A stretch of DNA of 36,167 nucleotides from an uncultured Oscillospiraceae bacterium (GTDB lineage Bacteria; Bacillota; Clostridia; Oscillospirales; Oscillospiraceae): positions 1 through 36,167 of the forward strand of contig CAZHEG010000001.1 of assembly GCA_964531435.1 (NCBI GenBank). Direction: 5' to 3'. The notes below the pieces were generated by a model that saw only the letters and a program-made list of their open reading frames with translations, had not been told where the DNA came from and did no database searches. Positions 1 to 8,316 of this stretch are shown piece by piece; within the stretch, counting starts at the first letter, position 1; each line of letters opens with the position of its first letter. The translations under genes were made by a program, and so were the position numbers.

Positions 1-666
1 GATGGTCTCCACAAATTCGCCGTAGCAGTTGTCCACCATGATGACTACACTGGGCTTGACAGCCTTGCAGAAGGCGATCAGCTCCCCGATCTGCCCCACG
101 GAGAAAGTGGGCCGGGTGGCGTAGCCCTTGGAGCGCTGAATGGTGATCAGCTTTGTTTTTTCGTTGATGGCCCTGCGGATACCCTCATAGTCAAAGCTGC
201 CGTCGGGGAGAAGGTCCACCTGGTTGTAGGTAACGCCGTACTCTGCCAGGCTGCAGGGGGAGGGGCGGATGCCGATGACCTCCTGCAATGTGTCATAGGG
301 CAGGCCGCAGGGGCTCAGCAGCTCGTCACCGGGCAGCAGATTGGCGCTGAGGGCGACGGTGAGGGCGTGGGTGCCGCAGGTGATCTGGGGCCGCACCAGG
401 GCGGCTTCGGTGTGGAAAACGTCGGCATATACCTGCTCCAGCTTGTCCCGGCCCTCGTCGTTGTAGCCGTAGCCGGTGGTGGCGGCAAAGCAGGTGGCGC
501 TGACCCGGTTCTTCTGGAAGGCGGCCAGGACCTTGGCCTGGTTGTATTCAGCCACCTGGTCAATGGCGGCGAAGCGTCCGGCAATGCGCTGCAGCGTCTT
601 TTCGCCGTAGGCGTACACGGCAGGGGAGACGCCCATCTCCTGATATAATTGCAGTAACTGTTCCAT
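1..666 (-). CDS. YnbB-like methionine gamma-lyase family / aluminium-resistance PLP protein, partial (3' end runs off the window; not in ORF track)
   Basis: Manual translation from ATG 666 is open to base 1: MEQLLQLYQEMG...TGYGYNDEGRDKLEQVYADVF...RPQITCGTHAL...QRSKGYATRP...VDNCYGEFVE, motifs typical of the family; purine-rich RBS (AGAGGAAG) upstream. Confidence 0.9.
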   Translation of the reverse strand, partial: MEQLLQLYQEMGVSPAVYAYGEKTLQRIAGRFAAIDQVAEYNQAKVLAAFQKNRVSATCFAATTGYGYNDEGRDKLEQVYADVFHTEAALVRPQITCGTHALTVALSANLLPGDELLSPCGLPYDTLQEVIGIRPSPCSLAEYGVTYNQVDLLPDGSFDYEGIRRAINEKTKLITIQRSKGYATRPTFSVGQIGELIAFCKAVKPSVVIMVDNCYGEFVETI

Positions 667-699
667 ATTTCTTCCTCTGTTTCTTATTTGATCGGATAA

Positions 700-728
700 A
701 GTATAATAGAAACCGTCCCGGAAGTCAA
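700..728 (-). promoter_or_regulatory. sigma-A-type promoter for the YnbB-like gene
   Basis: Minus strand TTGACT (728-723), 17 nt, TATACT (705-700). Confidence 0.65.
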
Positions 729-740
729 TCCCGGGACGGT
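712..740 (-). terminator. Probable intrinsic terminator after the Zn peptidase gene
   Basis: Perfect 10-bp inverted repeat ACCGTCCCGG/CCGGGACGGT, followed on the minus strand by TTCTATTATACTTT, 16 nt past the stop at 757. Confidence 0.6.
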
Positions 741-756
741 AATTATCGTGTTCTGT

Positions 757-1476
757 TCAATCTCTGCGCCGTCTGTTGCCGCCGAACAGGAGGATCAGCC
801 GCAGCAGCTGCACCAGGGAAACGGCAGTGGCGGCGACGTAAGTCAGCGCCGCGGCGGAAAGGGTCTTTCTCGCGCCCCGGAGCTCCTCGTCCGTCAGCAT
901 CGCGCCCTCCTCGATGGCCTGCATGGCCCGGCGGCTGGCATTGAATTCCACCGGCAGGGTCACCAGCTGGAACACCAGGGAAAGACCGAAGCAGGCAATG
1001 CCCACATATACCAGCGCGGTGGAGAAATTGCCGAAGGCGGAAAACAGGATGCCCATGAGAATCAGCGGCATGGCAAGCCTGCTGCCCAGATTGGTCACGG
1101 GGATGATGGCAGCGCGGAGCTTGATGGGGCCGTAATTCTTTGCGTACTGCACCGCGTGTCCGGCCTCGTGGCAGGCAACGCCGATGGCGGCGGTGGACGT
1201 AGAGTCGTACACACCCTCCGACAGGCGGATCACATTGGTCCTGGGGTCATAATGGTCCGACAGATTGCCGCTGACCCGCTCGATCCGCACCCCGGAAATA
1301 CCGTTGGCACTAAGCACCCGCCGTGCGGCCTGTTCGCCGGTGATCCGGCGGCTGGATAACTGATTGGAATAACGTTTGAAGGTGGCGTTCACATTCCAGC
1401 TTGCCCACATGGCGATGATCACGCAGGGGAGCACCAGAACGATGTACGTCCAGTCGTAGTAATAATAAAAGGGCAT
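757..1476 (-). CDS. YugP-like membrane neutral zinc metallopeptidase (Zn_peptidase_2 family)
   Basis: LSDHYDP, HEAGH zinc motif, LVTLPVEFNASRRA, AAALTYVAA; hydrophobic segments; GGGAGG RBS. Confidence 0.92.
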   Translation of the reverse strand: MPFYYYYDWTYIVLVLPCVIIAMWASWNVNATFKRYSNQLSSRRITGEQAARRVLSANGISGVRIERVSGNLSDHYDPRTNVIRLSEGVYDSTSTAAIGVACHEAGHAVQYAKNYGPIKLRAAIIPVTNLGSRLAMPLILMGILFSAFGNFSTALVYVGIACFGLSLVFQLVTLPVEFNASRRAMQAIEEGAMLTDEELRGARKTLSAAALTYVAATAVSLVQLLRLILLFGGNRRRRD

Positions 1477-1494
1477 AAGATCCTCCCGGCAGTT

Positions 1495-2280
1495 TTATAG
1501 ATCCACAGGCTCCATGGCATCGTGGAGCGTATCGGTGATGGCACCCCGGAAGATGGACCAGGCCTGGCTGTGCAGGGTCTGCAGGGCACCTGCCGACAGG
1601 TTCAGGGGCAGCTTTCCGGGCATAAAAAGATCCTGGTCGAAAATGAACTTCACTTCGGGATCCGACTTTCCGGCCCGCTTGATCAGGCCGGGGCCGGCGT
1701 GGATCTTTGCCTTGCAGCCGCCGCGAAGCGCAAGCTCCACATCCACGGTGCACCGGCTCGATGCGCTTTCCGCCACATCCTCCTCTGCCAGTATGCCCAA
1801 ATAACAGCTTTCGATCAGCTCCCGGTAGGGAATACCGGAAAGATCCAGCTCCTGCCGGGAAAAAAAGTTCACATACCGCAGGCCCACCCGCTCAAAATAA
1901 GCGGGCTTATACAGCCGGATGAAGGCCGCAAGAGGCTTATCCAGCCGCGCGGCGAAATCCTCCCACCCGGTGTACTGGGAGGTAGCGATGGAAATGAATT
2001 TGCTGGTGAGATTCACCCGCCACACGCCGTCGGCGGAGGAGAACTGGTAATTGATGGTGGCGGGGGGATTTTCCAGGCTCAGGTTGCCCGGGGTTCCCGT
2101 CAGCTTGGGCGGCGCCATATCCTTGCGCTGCTGGTACTGGGGATATTCATCCCGGATGGCATCCTGAAATGCCGCGGGAACGTTGGCGGTGATGGAGAGA
2201 ATCTCCGGGAACCGGAGCTGACAGATCACTTCATTAAGCTGGTTGCGCCGGTATATGCAGCGCGCTTCATTGGAAAACAT
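1495..2280 (-). CDS. TIGR04255 family protein (function unknown)
   Basis: N-terminal Y..NQLNEVICQLRFP, Y..WEDF and RVGLRYVN motifs resemble this family; GAGGG RBS. Confidence 0.7.
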   Translation of the reverse strand: MFSNEARCIYRRNQLNEVICQLRFPEILSITANVPAAFQDAIRDEYPQYQQRKDMAPPKLTGTPGNLSLENPPATINYQFSSADGVWRVNLTSKFISIATSQYTGWEDFAARLDKPLAAFIRLYKPAYFERVGLRYVNFFSRQELDLSGIPYRELIESCYLGILAEEDVAESASSRCTVDVELALRGGCKAKIHAGPGLIKRAGKSDPEVKFIFDQDLFMPGKLPLNLSAGALQTLHSQAWSIFRGAITDTLHDAMEPVDL

Positions 2281-2322
2281 ACAAAGCCCTCATTTCTTCA
2301 AGTAGTAACAAACCTTATGATC

Positions 2323-2351
2323 ATTATATCCCGGTCACGGCTGATTTGCAA
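2323..2351 (-). promoter_or_regulatory. sigma-A-type promoter for TIGR04255/peptidase genes, overlapping the end of the radical SAM gene
   Basis: Minus strand TTGCAA (2351-2346), 17 nt, TATAAT (2328-2323). Confidence 0.65.
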
Positions 2352-3210
2352 GACAGTCGTTCAAATATGCCAAAACCCGCTTTTTATCCCCGGACCACAG
2401 CGGAGCGATCAGATCCTTTTTCGCCCCGTCGCCGGTGATGCGGTGCACCACGGTTTCCGGCGGCAGCAGTCTGATGCAGTCCTTCAGAATGTCCCCATAT
2501 TCTTCCATGGTCAGGCAGCGGAAAGCCCCGGCTTCGTAATCCTTCTCAAGATCCGTGCCCCGCAGCACGTGCAGCAGCTGAAATTTCACGCCGTCGCTCC
2601 CGGCCTCCACCGCGGCGCGGGTGGTGGCGAGCATTTCTTCCTTCGTTTCTCCCGGAAGACCCAGGATGATGTGGGTCACCACTTCGATGCCTGCTGCCTT
2701 CAGCCGCTTCACCGCGTCAAAATACACTTCGTTGCCGTATCCCCGCCGGATGTATTCCACCGACCGGGGAGCCGTGGTCTGCAGCCCCAGCTCCACGGTG
2801 ACAGGCTTTATTTTGTTCAGCCGTTCCAGCAGCTCCACCGTTTCCCCGGGCAGACAGTCCGGCCTTGTCCCGATGGCGATGCCAACGATGTATTCCGGCT
2901 CCATTGCCTCCCGGTACAGCTTTTCCAGCCGCTCCACCGGGGCGTAGGTGTTGGTAAATGCCTGAAAATAGGCGATGTACCGCCCGTTTTTGTTTTTGAA
3001 CCGGACCCGCTCTATGGCCCGCTCCAGCTGCTGGGCCACGGTTCCGCCCCGCTGGGCGAAATCTCCGCTGCCGGAGCCGGAGCAGAAGATGCACCCCCGG
3101 GTGTCCAGGGAACCGTCCCGGTTGGGGCAGGTGAACCCGCCGTCAATGGCCAGCTTATATACCTTGCAGCCGTATTTTTCCCGGTAATGCCGGGAAAGCG
3201 TCTTGTACAT
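2335..3210 (-). CDS. TIGR01212 family radical SAM protein (YtqA/YhcC, MnmL-like tRNA wobble-U modification enzyme)
   Basis: GFTCPNRDG...GCIFC extended Cys motif, YFQAFTNTYA, IGTRPDC, VELGLQT, HRITGDG; start moved to ATG 3210 behind AAGGAG. Confidence 0.9.
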   Translation of the reverse strand: MYKTLSRHYREKYGCKVYKLAIDGGFTCPNRDGSLDTRGCIFCSGSGSGDFAQRGGTVAQQLERAIERVRFKNKNGRYIAYFQAFTNTYAPVERLEKLYREAMEPEYIVGIAIGTRPDCLPGETVELLERLNKIKPVTVELGLQTTAPRSVEYIRRGYGNEVYFDAVKRLKAAGIEVVTHIILGLPGETKEEMLATTRAAVEAGSDGVKFQLLHVLRGTDLEKDYEAGAFRCLTMEEYGDILKDCIRLLPPETVVHRITGDGAKKDLIAPLWSGDKKRVLAYLNDCLANQP

Positions 3211-3337
3211 AAATATCTCCTTGCGGTATGTCGTTACCTGTATTATACTGTAATTAAGCAAAAAATGAAGAAAAATTTGTAAATTCACTGAGTAAAACCG
3301 TCCCTTACTTCGTTATACAGGTGAAGAGGTGATCACA

Positions 3338-3889
3338 ATGGCTGAAATCGGTGCAAGCAGCTGCCGCCGTTTTCTGCGGGGAGAAGAAATATCTCTGGAG
3401 GAATTCATCCGCAAATACTCTGACGCATTGGTTCGATTTGCGTACAGCTTTGTCCGGGATTCTGCCGCGGCGGAGGATATTGCTGCGGAAGCGATCGCGG
3501 TATTTTACATAAAGGCAAAACATTTCCCGGACGAAGTGCATATGCGCGCCTATCTCTATAAGACTGTCCGCAGCAAGGCCATGGACCATCTGCGCCGCCA
3601 CCGGGGCGAAGTCCCCCTGGAGGACGTGGAAAATGTCCTTGGCAGCGGCGATCCGGAGCAGAGCATGATGATCAGGGAGCGGGACCGTGCTGTCTACCGC
3701 TGTCTGCAGCGGGTGCCGGACCGGTACCGGCAGGTGCTGCAGCTTGCCTATCTGGAGGGATTTTCCGTGAAGGACATCTGTTCCATCACCCACCGTTCCG
3801 CCAAGCAGGTCTATAATCTCCTCGCCCGTGCCAAGACCTCTATGAAACAAGAGCTTGAAAAGGAGGGTATCTCTCATGAAGACCTATGA
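3338..3889 (+). CDS. ECF (group IV) RNA polymerase sigma-70 factor
   Basis: Region 2 (LVRFAYSFVRDSAAAEDIAAEA...AYLYKTVRSKAMDHLRR) and region 4 HTH (YRQVLQLAYLEGFSVKDI...VYNLLARAK); GAGGTG RBS before ATG 3338. Confidence 0.9.
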   Translation: MAEIGASSCRRFLRGEEISLEEFIRKYSDALVRFAYSFVRDSAAAEDIAAEAIAVFYIKAKHFPDEVHMRAYLYKTVRSKAMDHLRRHRGEVPLEDVENVLGSGDPEQSMMIRERDRAVYRCLQRVPDRYRQVLQLAYLEGFSVKDICSITHRSAKQVYNLLARAKTSMKQELEKEGISHEDL

Positions 3890-5783
3890 TGAACGCAGCA
3901 CCGATGTGCTGGATAAAATGAATACCATCAAAAGAAAGCGCCGCATCCGGGGCGTTGCCCTGGGCCTGTGCCTGTCCCTGGTGCTGCTGGTGCTGTTCGT
4001 TCCCTATAATACCGCGCCGCCCAGTGTGGCCCGGTATTCCGCAAGTCCCTACTACGATCTGATCACAAAGATCAATGCCGCCACCTACGATCCCCCGGAG
4101 TATAAGAATAACTTCGATTTCCTGACCTCCTCGCTGACCCTGCGGGTCAATGATTCCACCGGCGGTGCCGCCGAGCCGGAGTGGAATAATGATGTCGATT
4201 ACAGTGATGGCTTGAATTTCGGTGCACCGATGCCGGGAGCCAGCGTGGAGGACAGTGTCGGCAGCCAGTATGTGGAGGTCACCGACAACCAGGTGGAGGG
4301 CGTCATCGAGGCGGATATCTTCAAGCGCACCGGGACCCATCTTTACTACCTCAGCACCAATGTCCTTTCCGTCTATTCCATCGCCGGCGAGGAATCCGCG
4401 CTGCTGGGCACCTACACCTTGGATCAGACGGAGTGGGATGATGAAAAGGAGGAAACTTCCTTCTGGTACTACGGCAGCCGTGAAATGTACCTGTCTGCCG
4501 ACGGCAAGACCGTGACCATCATCAACCAGGGTGCCTACGGCAAGGCCCTGGGCGGCACCACGGTCCTCATCAGCCTGGATGTATCCGATCCTTATGATAT
4601 CCGGGAAGTGAACCGAATCTACATCAGCGGCGAATATCTTTCCAGCCGTATGGTGGATGGGCAGCTGCTGATCATGAGCAAGTACCGGCTTTATAACAAC
4701 AGCGTTGATTTTGAGGACGATACCACCTTCGTTCCCCAGGTGGGCACCAAGGGCGACATGGAGCTGATTCTCCCCGAGGATATCGTATCCCCGGAGGAGC
4801 TTACGGACCTGTGCTATACCGTCATCTGCTCCGTGGACGGCAGCACCCTTCAGATCAGCGACACCGCCGCCTTCCTCAGCTATTCCGACGATATCTATGT
4901 GTCCGCGGACCGGATCTACGCCAGCCGCACCTATACCCATCGGCTGGAGGATCAGAGCCTTACCGATGAATATTCCACCGTCAGCACCACTATGACGGAG
5001 ATCGTCTGCATCGGTTATTCCGGCGGCGGGCTGCAGTATGAGGGCAGCGTCTGCCTGGAAGGCACCGTGTTGAACCAGTACAGCATGGATGAATATGACG
5101 GCCTTCTCCGGGTGGTCACCTCCGTTAGCGCCACCGAGCAGAAGAGCAGCGGCTTTGGAACCGCTTCCGCCCGGACGGTGCGCAGCGCCAGCCTCTACTG
5201 CGTCAGCCTGGAGGATTTCTCCATCGCCGGCTCCGTCCTGCGCTTCGCGCCGGAGGGAGAGAGTGTGGAATCTGTCCGCTTTAACGGCAATATGGCCTAC
5301 GTCTGCACCGCGGAGATCGTGTATCTGACGGATCCCGTATTCTTCTTTGACCTGACGGATCCCACCGATATCACCTGGACCGACACCGGCACCATCGACG
5401 GCTATTCCACCTCCCTGATCGACCTGGGCGAGGGCTTCCTGCTGGGCGTTGGCTACGGCGGCGAGGGCCAGCTGAAGATCGAGATCTACGAGGAACGGAA
5501 GGACACCGTTGTCAGTGTCTGCGCCTATGAGGCCGATGCCTCCTTCAGTGAGGCCTACAAGTCCTATCTGGTGGACCGGGAGAATAACCTCTTTGGCCTG
5601 GCCCTCAACTACTGGGATACCGGCATGGTCTATGTGCTGCTCCACTTCAACGGCTATGGGCTCCACGAGCTGGCAGCCATCCCCCTGGAGGGGAATGCCG
5701 CATCCAACGTCCGCGCGGTGATCATCGATGAGTATCTGTATGTCCTGTCCTACGGCGGCCTGTCTGTGGAAAAGCTCTGGTGA
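3876..5783 (+). CDS. Membrane-anchored Beta_propel (PF09826-like) domain protein, candidate anti-sigma/sensor
   Basis: Short basic N-terminus, one TM (GVALGLCLSLVLLVLFVP), then VTDNQVEGVIEADIFK, LNQYSMDEYDGLLRVVT, ESVRFNG.MAYVCT...DPVF motifs; AAGGAGG RBS before ATG 3876; overlaps the sigma stop. Confidence 0.8.
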   Translation: MKTYDERSTDVLDKMNTIKRKRRIRGVALGLCLSLVLLVLFVPYNTAPPSVARYSASPYYDLITKINAATYDPPEYKNNFDFLTSSLTLRVNDSTGGAAEPEWNNDVDYSDGLNFGAPMPGASVEDSVGSQYVEVTDNQVEGVIEADIFKRTGTHLYYLSTNVLSVYSIAGEESALLGTYTLDQTEWDDEKEETSFWYYGSREMYLSADGKTVTIINQGAYGKALGGTTVLISLDVSDPYDIREVNRIYISGEYLSSRMVDGQLLIMSKYRLYNNSVDFEDDTTFVPQVGTKGDMELILPEDIVSPEELTDLCYTVICSVDGSTLQISDTAAFLSYSDDIYVSADRIYASRTYTHRLEDQSLTDEYSTVSTTMTEIVCIGYSGGGLQYEGSVCLEGTVLNQYSMDEYDGLLRVVTSVSATEQKSSGFGTASARTVRSASLYCVSLEDFSIAGSVLRFAPEGESVESVRFNGNMAYVCTAEIVYLTDPVFFFDLTDPTDITWTDTGTIDGYSTSLIDLGEGFLLGVGYGGEGQLKIEIYEERKDTVVSVCAYEADASFSEAYKSYLVDRENNLFGLALNYWDTGMVYVLLHFNGYGLHELAAIPLEGNAASNVRAVIIDEYLYVLSYGGLSVEKLW

Positions 5784-5801
5784 AAAAATTTGCCTGTCCG
5801 G

Positions 5802-5830
5802 TAGAAATTCCTCCTGCTATGGTGTATAAT
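5802..5830 (+). promoter_or_regulatory. sigma-A-type promoter for trxA
   Basis: TAGAAA (5802-5807), 17 nt, TATAAT (5825-5830). Confidence 0.55.
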
Positions 5831-5858
5831 AAGGAAAAATACAAAGGAGGAACATATC

Positions 5859-6167
5859 ATGTCCCTGATTCATATCACCAAAGACAATTTTGACGCGGAA
5901 GTCATGGCCCCCGGCAAGACCGTCCTGCTGGATTTCTATGCCGACTGGTGCGGCCCCTGCCGCATGATCGCCCCCATCCTGGAGGAGATCGCCGCCGAAA
6001 ACCCCAACATTACCGTGGGCAAGATCAATGTGGACAACGATATGGAGCTTGCCATTCGTTTCCAGGTCAGCAGCATCCCCCTGCTTGTGGCCATGAAGGA
6101 CGGCCAGATCGTCAATAAGACCCTTGGCGTGACTCCCAAGGATGAGATTTTGGCCCTGCTGCCCTGA
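5859..6167 (+). CDS. trxA: Thioredoxin
   Basis: DFYADWCGPC active site, 102 aa, AAGGAGG RBS. Confidence 0.96.
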   Translation: MSLIHITKDNFDAEVMAPGKTVLLDFYADWCGPCRMIAPILEEIAAENPNITVGKINVDNDMELAIRFQVSSIPLLVAMKDGQIVNKTLGVTPKDEILALLP

Positions 6168-6183
6168 TTTTTCAAAAAATATG

Positions 6184-6224
6184 CCGCCCGGGACTTCCGT
6201 TCCCGGGCGGTGTTGTGCTATAAT
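6184..6224 (+). promoter_or_regulatory. GC-rich hairpin after trxA, directly followed by an extended -10 promoter for the PAP2-nrdG-dut unit
   Basis: CCGCCCGGGA (6184-6193) / TCCCGGGCGG (6201-6210); TGcTATAAT with TATAAT at 6219-6224; poor U-tract. Confidence 0.55.
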
Positions 6225-6253
6225 GGAAAAAATCAGACACAGGAGGAATCTGT

Positions 6254-7168
6254 ATGCAATTTCTGTATTTTCTGGAAAGCATCCGTATGGACTGGCTGAA
6301 CGAGCTGATGCTGCTCATCACCCACCTGGGCGAGGAAACGGCATTTCTTGCTATTGCCATCATCGTTTTCTGGTGCGTGGATAAGCGGGAGGGCTACTAC
6401 ATGATGGGCGTGGGCCTCTTCGGTAATCTGTGCAACCAGTTTCTGAAGATCCTTTGCCGGGTCCCCAGACCCTGGATCCGGGATCCAAATTTCAACGCCC
6501 TGGAAGCTGCCATTCCCGAAGCCGATGGTTACAGCTTTCCCAGCGGCCATTCACAGACTGCCGTGGGCACCTTCGGCTGCCTCGCCGCCTCCCATAAAAA
6601 TAAGCTCCTGCGGGGCTTGTGCATCGCCGTCATGATCCTGGTCCCGTTCTCCAGAATGTACTGCGGCGTCCATACCCCTGCCGATGTTCTGGTGGGCAGC
6701 GCCATGGCGCTTGTGATGGTATTTGCCTTCCGGCCTCTGATGATGGGGGAGCGGAAGCAGAATGTCCCCATCGTTTTCGCCGTGCTGCTGGCACTGTCCG
6801 CTGCCTTTGTGCTGTTTGTGGAGCTGTATGATTTCCCGGAGGGTCTGGACAGCGGGAATTACGAGTCCGCGCTGAAAAATTCCTATACCTTCCTTGGCTG
6901 CTTCGTGGGACTGCTGGTGGTCTGGTTCGCGGATCAGAAGCTGGATTTCTCCACAGATGCCGTTTGGTGGGCACAGATCCTGAAAGCGGTCCTGGGTCTT
7001 GTGGTGGTCCTTCTTGTAAAGGAGGGGACCAAATCCCCCCTGAATGCCATCTTCGGCGGTCACATGGCGGCCCGTGCCGTGCGCTATTTCCTGGTGGTGA
7101 TCACCGCGGGTATCATCTGGCCCCTGACCTTCCGCTGGTTTTCAAAATTGGGGAGAAAAGAAGCATGA
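6254..7168 (+). CDS. PAP2 superfamily membrane phosphatase
   Basis: K....VPRP, SFPSGH and SRMYCGVH...DV motifs; many TM segments; AGGAGG RBS. Confidence 0.92.
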   Translation: MQFLYFLESIRMDWLNELMLLITHLGEETAFLAIAIIVFWCVDKREGYYMMGVGLFGNLCNQFLKILCRVPRPWIRDPNFNALEAAIPEADGYSFPSGHSQTAVGTFGCLAASHKNKLLRGLCIAVMILVPFSRMYCGVHTPADVLVGSAMALVMVFAFRPLMMGERKQNVPIVFAVLLALSAAFVLFVELYDFPEGLDSGNYESALKNSYTFLGCFVGLLVVWFADQKLDFSTDAVWWAQILKAVLGLVVVLLVKEGTKSPLNAIFGGHMAARAVRYFLVVITAGIIWPLTFRWFSKLGRKEA

Positions 7169-7722
7169 ATTACGCAGCGATCAAAAATAATGACATCGCC
7201 AACGGACCCGGCGTCCGGGTCAGCCTCTTCGTCTCCGGCTGCACCCACCATTGCAAGGGCTGCTTCAATGAGGTGGCCTGGGATTTTGATTACGGCACCC
7301 CCTTCACCGGGGAAACAGTGGATTCCATCATCGAAATGATGCGCCCGGACCGGATCAAGGGCCTGACCCTGCTGGGTGGTGAGCCCTTCGAGCCCCAGAA
7401 CCAGGGCCCCATCGTGGAGCTGCTGCGCCGCATCCGCAGGGAGCTTCCTGAGAAGAGCATCTGGGCATTCTCCGGCTACCTCTTTGACCGGGATATCCGC
7501 TCCGGCCGCCTGGGGGATACCGCTGAATATCTCAGCTATCTGGACGTTCTGGTGGACGGCCCCTTCGTGGAAGCAAAGAAAAACCTGGCGCTGCGGTTCC
7601 GCGGCTCCGAAAATCAGAGAATCATCGATGTTCCCGCCAGCCTTGCAAAGGGCGAGATCGTCCTGTGGGAGGACTGGCAGGGATCCGGAAAGGGATTGAA
7701 ACAATGGAAAAGATCAACGTAA
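7165..7722 (+). CDS. nrdG: Anaerobic ribonucleoside-triphosphate reductase activating protein
   Basis: DIANGPGVRVSLFVSGCTHHCKGCFN (CxxxCxxC), LLGGEP, DVLVDG, FRGSENQR; ATG 7165 in ATGA overlap with the PAP2 stop. Confidence 0.95.
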   Translation: MNYAAIKNNDIANGPGVRVSLFVSGCTHHCKGCFNEVAWDFDYGTPFTGETVDSIIEMMRPDRIKGLTLLGGEPFEPQNQGPIVELLRRIRRELPEKSIWAFSGYLFDRDIRSGRLGDTAEYLSYLDVLVDGPFVEAKKNLALRFRGSENQRIIDVPASLAKGEIVLWEDWQGSGKGLKQWKRST

Positions 7723-8141
7723 AGCTCCTGCGCCCCGGTGCCCATATGCCCACCTACGGCTCGGCGGAGGCTGCCGGTGCCGACCTCTACGCCTGCCTTC
7801 AGGAGGAGATCGCCATCGCCCCCGGCGAAACGGTTTGGATTCCCACAGGCGTTGCCCTGGAAGTGCCCAAGGGCTGCGCCGGACTGGTGTTTGCCCGCAG
7901 CTCCATGGGGGCCAAGCGGGATCTTGCCCCCGCCAACAAGGTCGGCGTTATTGACAGCGACTACCGTGGAGAAATTCAGGTGGTGCTCCACAACCACGGA
8001 AGCAAGGTGCAGCCCCTCGCCCCCGGCGAGCGGATCGCCCAGCTGGTGATCGTGCCGGTGGTAACGCCCGGATTTACACAGGTAGAGGAGCTGGATGATA
8101 CCGCCCGCGGCGCGGGTGGATTTGGCTCCACCGGTAAATAA
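7704..8141 (+). CDS. dut: dUTP diphosphatase (trimeric dUTPase)
   Basis: AGADL, RSS, GVIDSDYRGE, RIAQL and RGAGGFGSTG motifs; start at ATG 7704. Confidence 0.96.
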   Translation: MEKINVKLLRPGAHMPTYGSAEAAGADLYACLQEEIAIAPGETVWIPTGVALEVPKGCAGLVFARSSMGAKRDLAPANKVGVIDSDYRGEIQVVLHNHGSKVQPLAPGERIAQLVIVPVVTPGFTQVEELDDTARGAGGFGSTGK

Positions 8142-8157
8142 TGCAATCGAAACCGTC

Positions 8158-8185
8158 AGGCCCGGGCTGCTGCCCGGGCTTTTTT
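8158..8185 (+). terminator. Intrinsic terminator after dut
   Basis: GCCCGGGC-TGCT-GCCCGGGC followed by T6. Confidence 0.8.
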
Positions 8186-8206
8186 CGGAGTTTGCCCACA
8201 AATCCA

Positions 8207-8270
8207 AGTAAAATATTTGTCAAATTTATGTAAAAAAACCTCTATACTTTTTTCGGAGCTTTGGTATAAT
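8207..8270 (+). promoter_or_regulatory. Pho-box-like 11-bp-period repeats plus extended -10 promoter of the Na/Pi transporter
   Basis: Minus strand TTTACA-N5-TTGACA-N5-TTTACT (8234-8207); TGgTATAAT with TATAAT at 8265-8270. Confidence 0.5.
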
Positions 8271-8316
8271 GAAGATAATGCCGGGTACGGCTATTAAAAC
8301 AACACAGGAGTTTCTT

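Noticed and set aside
1522..3282. 586-aa plus-strand ORF
   Set aside because: Antisense shadow of two motif-bearing minus-strand genes; no recognisable motifs; expected with high GC3 codon usage
3840..5666. 608-aa minus-strand ORF
   Set aside because: Antisense shadow of the beta-propeller gene
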